Below are positions 1-8,299 of a stretch of 64,000 nucleotides of DNA, in pieces. Every line of letters starts with the position of its first letter. Positions within the stretch are counted from its first letter, which is position 1. Made by a program: the position numbers and the translations under genes. The stretch lies in the sequence record DRR723986_8380; one strand, written 5' to 3'. Under the pieces are notes generated by a model. It made no database searches. It was not told the DNA's origin and saw only the letters and a list, made by a program, of their open reading frames with translations.

Positions 1-10
1 GGCAATTACA

Positions 11-145
11 TACCATCGTGTTTGTATATGAAAAGTAGCGCCATTATACGGCACTATCTTTTCAGCTAGCGTAAACATATTAAAAAAGCGCAAGCTTTAA
101 TGACTTGCGCTTAACAAGCTATTTTTTATATACATTGTTAGCTAC
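11..145 (-). mobile_element. attC-like cassette recombination site (imperfect palindrome, ~135 bp)
   Basis: Minus strand starts with GTAGCTAAC (145-137) 33 bp after the cassette stop. A 17-bp stem forms between 23-39 (TGTATATGAAAAGTAGC) and 118-134 (GCTATTTTTTATATACA), with 15 Watson-Crick and 2 G.T pairs on the + strand. There is an internal 9-bp perfect hairpin 86-94/104-112. The distal core reads GATGGTA (17-11) rather than GTT. Confidence 0.7.
82..112 (-). terminator. putative intrinsic terminator inside the attC-like site
   Basis: AAGCGCAAG/CTTGCGCTT 9-bp stem; the A-run at 82-87 gives a U-tail on the minus strand, downstream of the cassette ORF. Confidence 0.5.
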
Positions 146-149
146 TGGC

Positions 150-168
150 TATTATTATTATTATTATT
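150..168. repeat. (TAT)6 simple repeat
   Basis: tattattattattattatt between the cassette stop and the attC-like site. Confidence 0.8.
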
Positions 169-178
169 TACGCTTTTG

Positions 179-598
179 TTAATCACAACCAGAGCTTAAT
201 CGAACTAAACTATATCCTGGTGTTTCAAAATATGCTTCCCCACCATTACATTCGAATACAATTGGAGTAACTAATTCATTTCCAAAATTCAAATCAACAG
301 TTAGCACATCGTTTTCAAATGTATATTCATTTGTTCCTGGGATGGCGTTAGAATCTCCTGCTGCAAATGATTCATATTGTGATGCGCAATCATCACCAAT
401 ACAATAATAAGTATATCTAATTCCATTTTCAAAAATGTACATTGTATTTGAGATACCTTGATCACTTATTCCAGGTGTGTCGGACGGGAATAACCATTTA
501 CCTTCAATATCATATACTATAGGTGTTTCGGCCGAATCATCTTCTTCGCAGCTCACAAAACTTAATATGAGTGCACTGAGCAATAAAATTTTTTTCAT
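179..598 (-). CDS. predicted lipoprotein of unknown function; gene-cassette ORF
   Basis: Signal peptide with lipobox FVSC followed by acidic EEDDS; beta-rich body; lies between two complementary core sites. Confidence 0.8.
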   Translation of the reverse strand: MKKILLLSALILSFVSCEEDDSAETPIVYDIEGKWLFPSDTPGISDQGISNTMYIFENGIRYTYYCIGDDCASQYESFAAGDSNAIPGTNEYTFENDVLTVDLNFGNELVTPIVFECNGGEAYFETPGYSLVRLSSGCD

Positions 599-704
599 AA
601 GTAAAATATTAGATTATTTTTTATAAAACATTTAACAACATAAAATTCCTACCTGTTTGTTTAGTTATTTAGTAAAAAACCTCATTTGTTGCTTTTTTTT
701 GCTT

Positions 705-738
705 GTAGCTAACACGTAAATAAGTCTGTATTTACGCT
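705..738 (-). mobile_element. attI-like site or cassette start junction
   Basis: GTAGCTAACA (705-714) is the exact reverse complement of TGTTAGCTAC (136-145). It is adjacent to an 8-6-8 inverted repeat CGTAAATA-AGTCTG-TATTTACG (715-736). Confidence 0.6.
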
Positions 739-814
739 ATTTAAATCTAAAATAATAATAATTTGTAATCCTGCACTAACATTAATGTATTTAATTTTTT
801 GTATACATACATAA

Positions 815-854
815 TGTATAACAAAACACTTATTTTTGTATAGTGTGTTATACA
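815..854 (+). promoter_or_regulatory. putative integrase promoter (-7 TATTTTTG at 831-838) flanked by an inverted repeat (operator candidate)
   Basis: TGTATAACA (815-823) and TGTTATACA (846-854) are perfect inverted repeats enclosing a Bacteroidota TAnnTTTG element 27 bp upstream of the ATG. Confidence 0.5.
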
Positions 855-864
855 AAATGAACGT

Positions 865-1932
865 ATGAATTTATCTAAATATATTTTTAAACCAGCCAAA
901 CATAGAGGGAAAGCCATTATCCTTATTCAATTTCCATTCGACCAGAATTTAATTGATGATCTACGTAAACGTTTTCCGTCTGCTAAATGGAGTGCTTCAA
1001 AAAAATCCTGGTATTTACCAGATCTGCCAGTCGTAAGAGAGGCTATTCAGATGTCAAAAAAGAATAGTGTGGTTACTAAGGTAAATTCTATTCATCCTGC
1101 AAATCAACAGGCTTATTTAGACCTTAATAAGCAGTTAATTCTAAAAAAGTATAGTCAAAGTACTAAACGCATTTACTTAGCGGAATTTCAGCATTTATTA
1201 TCACTTCTAGATGATTACTATGTTGGTGACTTAAATCCAAAACGACTTAAGGATTATTTTTTGTATTGCCTTAAAGTTGAAAAAATGAGTGAGCGGAAAA
1301 TGAACGGAAAAATAAATGCCATTAAATTTTACTTTGAGCAGGTATTGCACAGACCCAAAATGTTTTTTGATATCCCAAGACCTAAAAAACCACAGACATT
1401 ACCAAAAATGCTAAGTAAGACAGAGGTGAAAAAACTATTTAAAGTAACCACAAACTTAAAACATAAGATGGCATTGCAATTATGTTATGGTATGGGATTA
1501 CGAGTTTCTGAAGTTGTGAATCTTAAAATTGTAGATATTGATAGCAAAAGGATGGTAGTGCATGTAAGAGGCGCAAAGGGTAAAAAGGACAGATATGTGC
1601 CATTACCAAAATCTATTTTGCCAGAGTTAAGACAGTATTATTTAGAATATCGTCCTAAGGTTTTCTTATTTGAAGGCCAGTATGGTAATGCCTATGCAAA
1701 ATCTAGTTTACAACAAGTCTTTAGGCACGCCATGCGTAAAGCAAATATTAAAAAGGAAATAGGTATACATGGGTTACGCCATTCTTACGCAACACATCTT
1801 CTGGAGTCTGGCGCAGATATGAGATTTATTCAAGAGTTATTGGGCCATAATTCAATTAAAACAACACAGGTGTACACCAAAGTAACTCCACGTAGTAAAT
1901 CTAAAATTACAAGTCCGTTAGATCAATTGTAA
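865..1932 (+). CDS. tyrosine recombinase, integron-integrase-like, with N-terminal extension
   Basis: Catalytic motifs GLRVSE, GAKGKKDR, HGLRHSYATHLLE, LLGH and TTQVYT; SAM-like segment KKYSQSTKRIY; no long insertion between KDRYVPLP and FLFEG. Confidence 0.93.
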   Translation: MNLSKYIFKPAKHRGKAIILIQFPFDQNLIDDLRKRFPSAKWSASKKSWYLPDLPVVREAIQMSKKNSVVTKVNSIHPANQQAYLDLNKQLILKKYSQSTKRIYLAEFQHLLSLLDDYYVGDLNPKRLKDYFLYCLKVEKMSERKMNGKINAIKFYFEQVLHRPKMFFDIPRPKKPQTLPKMLSKTEVKKLFKVTTNLKHKMALQLCYGMGLRVSEVVNLKIVDIDSKRMVVHVRGAKGKKDRYVPLPKSILPELRQYYLEYRPKVFLFEGQYGNAYAKSSLQQVFRHAMRKANIKKEIGIHGLRHSYATHLLESGADMRFIQELLGHNSIKTTQVYTKVTPRSKSKITSPLDQL

Positions 1933-1933
1933 T

Positions 1934-3328
1934 TTATAGCGGAATATACGTTACCATTAAGGCTTGCAGCACAAACAATACCATAAAAGGTATAAATAAA
2001 TACCCAATAACATCTCTGGCTTGTATCTTTATACCTTTACCCATTACTGGGAAAACTAATAGTAAAAAGAACGGCTGTAACAAGTTACTTAGGCTCTCAC
2101 CATAGGCAATAGACATAGAGGCTCTGGCAGTCATTGCTGTAACTTCGGTAGGCGAGAGTTGAGCTCCCAATTCTTGTACCATATTAATAATACTTGGACC
2201 AATAACAGCAAACTCTCCTCCAGCTGATGGAATGGCAAAATTTATGATACCTCCTGTGAGATAGGAGATAAATGGATAAGATTCTGGTGTTGCTATAGAC
2301 ACTAAAACATTGCTAATTTTTTCACCTAATCCTGACGCTATCATTATACCCATAATACCAGCATAAAACGGATATTGAAACAGTATACCAGATATGTTAC
2401 TACTGGCGCGTTTCATAGCAATACTATACCGCATTGGTGTAATATGAAGAAATAAGCCAATTATAATAAATATGAAGATCATAATATTGAAATTAAGATC
2501 AAAGCCCTTGGTGGCGAAGTGGTATATAATGTATGTAAGACCAAGTAATGCTACACTTATTTGTAACCAGCCAGCATTATTTAAACTATCAGAAATGGCT
2601 TTGTAAGGCAACTTGTAGGATAAAGCCTCGTCTTTTATGGTAGAATCTGCATCAGATTTTTCAACAATTAAATCTTGTAACTCTTTTCCTTGAGACGATT
2701 TAGGGATAAGTAACCAAACTAAAAGCGGAGCTGCCACAAGAAATAATAAAATCATTACAATATTTATCATAGAGCCTAAAGTATAGGACGTAGATATGGT
2801 GTCATTTAAAATATTTTCGGCGATAAGAAAATTATCCTTTGTATTTAGTAATAACGGGATTGAACTCGATAATCCACAAACCCAGGCATTGCTCGAAAAA
2901 TAGACACATGCTATTAAGAATGGATAGTTAACTCCTTTAACCCGTAACGCAAGTTCTCGGGCGAGAATGGCAGTAACTACAACCATACCAAAACTAGTCA
3001 TAGTAACTATAACACCAAAGATCATAACTAGCAGATAAACGTGTACTGAGGTTGAGATTTTCTTAGATAATAAATCAATACCTTTCATTACAGGTGGTGC
3101 CTGCGCAATACTATAAGCCGTAATGACGATTAATACGATTTGCATACCAAAGGACAATAGTTTCCAAAAACCATCGTACCAGCCTTTAAGTACGGTAATT
3201 GGTTGGCTGTCTGTAAGTATAACTGCTAATAGGCCTGATATCAGGGTTAGCAGGAGTGCAAAAACATAAGCACTTGGCATATACTTAGTAAAGGTGTCTG
3301 TGAATTTTTGGCCGAGTTGAGTAATCAT
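1934..3328 (-). CDS. short-chain fatty acid transporter (AtoE/TIGR00366 family)
   Basis: Multi-TM protein with motifs LLSFGMQ, GLSSSIPL, QYPFYAGIMG, PSAGGEF and NLLQPF. Confidence 0.85.
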   Translation of the reverse strand: MITQLGQKFTDTFTKYMPSAYVFALLLTLISGLLAVILTDSQPITVLKGWYDGFWKLLSFGMQIVLIVITAYSIAQAPPVMKGIDLLSKKISTSVHVYLLVMIFGVIVTMTSFGMVVVTAILARELALRVKGVNYPFLIACVYFSSNAWVCGLSSSIPLLLNTKDNFLIAENILNDTISTSYTLGSMINIVMILLFLVAAPLLVWLLIPKSSQGKELQDLIVEKSDADSTIKDEALSYKLPYKAISDSLNNAGWLQISVALLGLTYIIYHFATKGFDLNFNIMIFIFIIIGLFLHITPMRYSIAMKRASSNISGILFQYPFYAGIMGIMIASGLGEKISNVLVSIATPESYPFISYLTGGIINFAIPSAGGEFAVIGPSIINMVQELGAQLSPTEVTAMTARASMSIAYGESLSNLLQPFFLLLVFPVMGKGIKIQARDVIGYLFIPFMVLFVLQALMVTYIPL

Positions 3329-3508
3329 TGTCTATTTAGTTGGTGGAAACTAAGATAGTTTTTTCAAACGAATTAATTTTGCCATTTCAAATTGTTCTTA
3401 ACAAGGCGTTAATTAACAACTTGGGTGTGTTCTTTAACAAGTCCATAACAGTAATGCTTTAGTATTAAACCTAATTTGGTGGTACTACTAATCAAAATCT
3501 AAATAAAA

Positions 3509-4597
3509 ATGAGAACAACAATTACGGCCGTAATGATGTGTTTGCAACTATGTACTTCCTTAACAGCAACTGCACAATTAGATACTCCACGTGGCAGTCA
3601 AATGGCTTCTGTTATGCAGCGTGTTGGTACAACTGATATTACTATTACGTATTCCAGACCAAGTGTTAATGGGCGCGAAATATGGGGAAAACTAGTGCCT
3701 TTTGGTATGAATGATTTGGGTTTCGGAACCTCTAAAGCGGCTCCTTGGCGCGCTGGAGCTAATGAAAACACAACCATCACCTTTTCGCATGATGCTAAGG
3801 TAGAAGGGAAGGATATTAAAGCTGGTACTTATGGCTTACATATTAATGTGAAAGATCTATAAAATGCAACCATTATCTTATCCAAGGATAAGGATGCATG
3901 GGGAAGTTATTTTTACGATCCTGCAAACGATGCGCTACGAGCTGATGTGAAGTTGCAAAATGTTGAGCATACAGAGTTATTGACCTATAGTTTTGATGAG
4001 GTAGCTTCAAACTCAGCGACCGCTTCACTAAAGTGGGAAAAGAAAGCTATTCCTTTTACAATTGAAGTTAATGTCACTGATATTGTATTAGATGATATTA
4101 GAGCACAATTTAAAGGTCAAAAAGGCTTTACAAGACAAAATTGGGAACAAGCATCAAACTTTGCAATAAACAATGGTGGTGACCTTGATGAAGCTTTAGA
4201 ATGGATAAATGCTGCGTTAGAAGGTAATTTCTTTAGTGAAAAAACAGTCAACGGTTTAGCCACTAAAGCACAAATCTTAATGAAAAAAGGTGATACTGAA
4301 GGATTTGGAAAAACTATGGATGAAGCTACAGCTATGGCAAATCCTAATCAAATAAACCGTATGGGTAACTATATGTTGAGTATAAAGGATTACGACAGAG
4401 CGCTTAAGTATTATAATATGAATGTAAGTAGCGATTCTAAGAACGCGACATGGCAAAATAGCGTAGCAGCAGCATATAAAGCAAAAGGTGATACAAAAAT
4501 AGCCATTAAGCATTATAAAAAAGCCTTAACGTTGAAGCCTTCTGATAGATATAAAGCAAATTCAGAAAAGGCATTAAAAGAGTTAGGTGCTATGTAA
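3509..4597 (+). pseudogene. DUF2911-domain plus TPR protein interrupted by an in-frame TAA at 3860-3862
   Basis: ORFs 3509..3862 and 3947..4597 are in the same frame. Motifs YSRP, WRAGANENT and (after the stop) AWGSYFYD are continuous; the C-terminus has TPR-like repeats. Confidence 0.8.
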
Positions 4598-4634
4598 CGT
4601 ATTCATCAGCAAAACACGATTATTTATGTTTTAG

Positions 4635-4669
4635 AAGGTCTGGTTTTAGTTGGTGCTAGGCCTTTTTTT
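4635..4669 (+). terminator. putative intrinsic terminator
   Basis: AAGGTCTGGT...GCTAGGCCTT imperfect stem followed by a T-run, between convergent genes. Confidence 0.45.
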
Positions 4670-4671
4670 GT

Positions 4672-5112
4672 CTATAGCGGTGCAGTTGATACTGTAAGTA
4701 CAGGAAGTTTTGATTTCTTAATAACGGCATTAGAGACTCTTCCAAATATAGCTTTATAGAGAAAACTTCTATCAGAATGGCCAACAATTATTAAGTCAAT
4801 ATGTAATTTTTTAGATTCTTCAATTATCATCTCTATCGTTGCACCCTGTACCATTAGTCCTTCAGCCTTTACACCTTCTTCTTCTAATTCGGCTGTATAG
4901 TCTTCTAGTTGTTGCCGTTCTTTTTTTAATTGTGTAGCACGATTGTCTCTTACGTACTGAGGTCCTGCTTCATAACCAACAAAATCAGGGTTTGGTGCTA
5001 CAATATGAATGAGCCACAATTTGGCGTCAAAAGCCTTTGCAAATTGTATTGCAGTAGTGATGATTTGTTTCTCGTTACCATTAAAGTCTAGTGCTACTAA
5101 TATATTCTTCAT
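4672..5112 (-). CDS. universal stress protein (UspA family)
   Basis: MKNILVALDF N-terminus; DLIIVG...FGRVSNAVIKKSKLPVL C-terminal motif. Confidence 0.9.
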   Translation of the reverse strand: MKNILVALDFNGNEKQIITTAIQFAKAFDAKLWLIHIVAPNPDFVGYEAGPQYVRDNRATQLKKERQQLEDYTAELEEEGVKAEGLMVQGATIEMIIEESKKLHIDLIIVGHSDRSFLYKAIFGRVSNAVIKKSKLPVLTVSTAPL

Positions 5113-5206
5113 AAGTATTCAATTAAAGGATTAGAACCGCTATAAGACTCATTATCAATGAGCTTTCCTAAATTAGTAGATTTTTACGGTAATAGCAAAA
5201 AAGCGT

Positions 5207-7309
5207 TTAACTGATATAATTCCAGATATTACGATACTTACTCATTTGTCTGTAGGTGTTAAGTATTACTTTATGTTCCGGAAGGGCTAAACTTGGGTCT
5301 AATTTTAAAACACTTTTAGCATAGTATCTGGCTTGTTCTAAAATGTCTTTGTCTTTAACGATGTCAGCAATTCTCAAATTCAAGACTCCGCTTTGTTGCG
5401 TACCCATAATATCACCAGGACCGCGCAGTTTAAGATCTACTTCGGCAATTTCAAAACCATCGCTAGAGCGTACCATGGTTTCTAATCGTGTTTTACTGTC
5501 ATTACTCAATTTGTGGCTGGTCATTAATATGCAATAGCTCTGTTCTGCACCACGACCAACACGTCCACGCAGTTGGTGTAATTGTGATAACCCAAAGCGT
5601 TCCGCGCTTTCAATGATCATTACAGAAGCATTAGGTACATTAACACCAACTTCAATAACCGTTGTAGCAACCATAATTTGAGTTTTACCCTCAACAAAGC
5701 GTTGCATTTCATAATCTTTGTCAGCGGCTTTCATTTTACCATGTACAATAGAAATTTGGTAATCTGGCATAGGAAACTCTCGTGAGATACTTTCAAAACC
5801 ATCCATTAAATCCTTGTAATCCATTTTTTCACTCTCCTGAATTAATGGATAGACCACATAAATTTGTCGGCCTTTGGCAATTTCGTCCTTCATAAACTTA
5901 AAAACCTTCAGCCGGTTATTGTCAAATCTATGGACTGTTTTTATCGGTTTTCTTCCTGCTGGTAATTCATCAATAATTGAGATATCTAGGTCTCCGTAAA
6001 CAGACATAGCTAAGGTTCTCGGAATTGGAGTTGCAGTCATTACTAAAACATTTGGAGGCAACTCATTTTTGCGCCATAATTTTGCTCTTTGTTTCACTCC
6101 AAATCGGTGTTGTTCGTCAATAATTGCAAGTCCTAAATTTTTAAATTTCACCTTATCTTCAAGTAGGGCATGAGTGCCAACTAAGACTTGTAAAGTGCCA
6201 TTTTCGAGATTTTCATGAATTTCTTTTCGTTCTGAAGTTTTACTTGAACCAGTTAATAGTGATATACTGATATTCAATTTATTACACCATTCTAGTAATC
6301 CATTGTAGTGCTGGACTGACAAAATTTCAGTCGGTGCCATCAAGCAGCATTGAAAACCGCTGTCAAGTCCCATGAGTATTGACATAAAGGCAACTATTGT
6401 TTTTCCAGAACCAACATCTCCTTGTAACAAGCGATTCATCTGTGCATTGCTACCTAAATCTTGTCTAATTTCTTTTAAAACACGCTTCTGTGCATTGGTT
6501 AAATCAAAGGGTAAATGTTCGCTATAAAATGAATTAAAATAGTCTCCAACTTTGTCAAAAGTAAAGCCTTTAATTTTAGATTTATGAATGAGATTTTTAA
6601 GAATTAATTGCAATTGAATGTAAAATAATTCTTCAAATTTCAGTCTGAATTGTGCTCTTGAAAGTAGCTCTGGAGACTTCGGAAAATGAACATTAAATAA
6701 TGCATCAGATTTTGATAATAATTTTAATTCTCCTCTAACCGAATCTGATAAGGTTTCTGAAAAACGACCTTTAGTTTCCAGAAACAATTGCTGCATTATT
6801 TTTGAAACAACTTTATTGGTTATTCCTTTGTTTGATAATTTTTCTGTTGACGGATAGATAGCCTGCATGGCTGAACGCAGATTTTTGTCGTGCTCAGTTT
6901 GTAGCTCTAATTCCGGATGTGGCATACTGTACTTGCCGCTAAACCAGTTGGTCTTGCCAAAAATAACATAAGGCTGACCGATTTTAAGGCTCTCTCTTAT
7001 CCATTTCTGACCACGGAACCAAACGAGTTCCATCATTCCGGTATCGTCTTTAAAGTCGGCTACTAAGCGTTTTCCTCGCTTTTGCGCAACTTCTCTAAAC
7101 CCAGTAATTACTCCAATAACCTGTACTTCTGCATTATTGCGCTGTAACTGATTAATCTTATAATATTTGGTGCGGTCTATATAGCGATTAGGAAATAGGT
7201 TGATGAGGTCTTGGTAAGTGTGAATACCAAGCTCAGAGCGCAACAAATCAGCTCTGTTAGGGCCAACGCCTTTGAGATAATCAATTGGAGTCTGTAAATT
7301 CACGCTCAT
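5207..7309 (-). CDS. recG: ATP-dependent DNA helicase RecG
   Basis: LKGVGP N-terminus, QGDVGSGKT, DEQHRFG, TATPIPRT, QLRGRVGRG and DLKLRGPG. Confidence 0.97.
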   Translation of the reverse strand: MSVNLQTPIDYLKGVGPNRADLLRSELGIHTYQDLINLFPNRYIDRTKYYKINQLQRNNAEVQVIGVITGFREVAQKRGKRLVADFKDDTGMMELVWFRGQKWIRESLKIGQPYVIFGKTNWFSGKYSMPHPELELQTEHDKNLRSAMQAIYPSTEKLSNKGITNKVVSKIMQQLFLETKGRFSETLSDSVRGELKLLSKSDALFNVHFPKSPELLSRAQFRLKFEELFYIQLQLILKNLIHKSKIKGFTFDKVGDYFNSFYSEHLPFDLTNAQKRVLKEIRQDLGSNAQMNRLLQGDVGSGKTIVAFMSILMGLDSGFQCCLMAPTEILSVQHYNGLLEWCNKLNISISLLTGSSKTSERKEIHENLENGTLQVLVGTHALLEDKVKFKNLGLAIIDEQHRFGVKQRAKLWRKNELPPNVLVMTATPIPRTLAMSVYGDLDISIIDELPAGRKPIKTVHRFDNNRLKVFKFMKDEIAKGRQIYVVYPLIQESEKMDYKDLMDGFESISREFPMPDYQISIVHGKMKAADKDYEMQRFVEGKTQIMVATTVIEVGVNVPNASVMIIESAERFGLSQLHQLRGRVGRGAEQSYCILMTSHKLSNDSKTRLETMVRSSDGFEIAEVDLKLRGPGDIMGTQQSGVLNLRIADIVKDKDILEQARYYAKSVLKLDPSLALPEHKVILNTYRQMSKYRNIWNYIS

Positions 7310-7368
7310 AGAGCGAATTTACCAAATTCCTGTGAAGACTGAAGTCAAATATTTGAATAGATTGAGGT

Positions 7369-8130
7369 CTATTGCTCTCCTTTTAGAACCAACAGAGGTA
7401 CTCGGCTCTCAAAATCAGCTTTATTTACCGTATGATCTAGCGTGACGTCGTTCCAAAGTTTTTCAAAGAAACCTCTCTTACGTCTAAAGACACAAATTAA
7501 ATCTGGATTAACAACATGCATGTATTCTAATACTCCTTGAAATAACGTAGCATTCTCAGAAGAATAGTATTTAGAGGTTAATATGGCTAAATCTTTATCA
7601 AACATTAAATCTTCAGGCAAGTATGATGGTGTTTTTACTTGTAGAAGTGTCATCTCGGATTTTGTTTCAAGTAGTGTATGCTCTAACGGCTTTAAAGAGT
7701 CACTTTGATCTATTAAACCAGATTTTATAGCGGTTAAAATGGTATTTACGCCTTTGTGCTCAAAGTTCTCAGGTATTAATAATACTGGCATATCTGTTTT
7801 CTTAACGATGCTGCCAGAAAGATTGTCTAAATACTTTGTGTCGCTAGTTTTTGGAGTATTCGCTGAAGCGATAATTAGATCCACAAAATAATCTTGACAA
7901 AATTCTTTGATGTAGTCTATGGTGTCGCCTTCAAAAAATCTAAAGTTAATAGCGATGTTTTGCTTTTTAGCATGAGCCATAATATCTTCTAAATGGTCTT
8001 CTTCCTTAATTTCGTCTAGTTGAATGCCGTAAATCATTTCTGCGCCAACGGTCTTAGCGAAATCAATGGCATATAGCAGTGTGGCTTTCTTTTTTCTTAA
8101 AGACCTAATAGGGACTAAAAAGGTTTTCAT
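7369..8130 (-). CDS. universal stress protein-like (two-domain)
   Basis: MKTFLVP N-terminus, IVKKTDMPVLLIP and C-terminal RVPLLVL. Confidence 0.75.
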   Translation of the reverse strand: MKTFLVPIRSLRKKKATLLYAIDFAKTVGAEMIYGIQLDEIKEEDHLEDIMAHAKKQNIAINFRFFEGDTIDYIKEFCQDYFVDLIIASANTPKTSDTKYLDNLSGSIVKKTDMPVLLIPENFEHKGVNTILTAIKSGLIDQSDSLKPLEHTLLETKSEMTLLQVKTPSYLPEDLMFDKDLAILTSKYYSSENATLFQGVLEYMHVVNPDLICVFRRKRGFFEKLWNDVTLDHTVNKADFESRVPLLVLKGEQ

Positions 8131-8299
8131 TGCTTTATTTTTTGAATTTTGCGCAAAAGTACTGCTAAACTCAGGTTGCGATTGTAAGCGAATGGGTTAT
8201 TTCGTTAAAGTGTTTTTAAAATCAGTTGATTGTTGATTTTGTTACATTTTAGAGTATTAAAATTTGTACTTTGGCGTTATCCTTGTTTAGATTTATGGC

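Noticed and set aside
865-1932. Calling the recombinase canonical IntI, XerC/XerD or a prophage integrase
   Set aside because: It lacks the IntI-specific insertion, has an extra N-terminal segment unlike XerC/D, and no phage genes or tRNA attachment site are visible.
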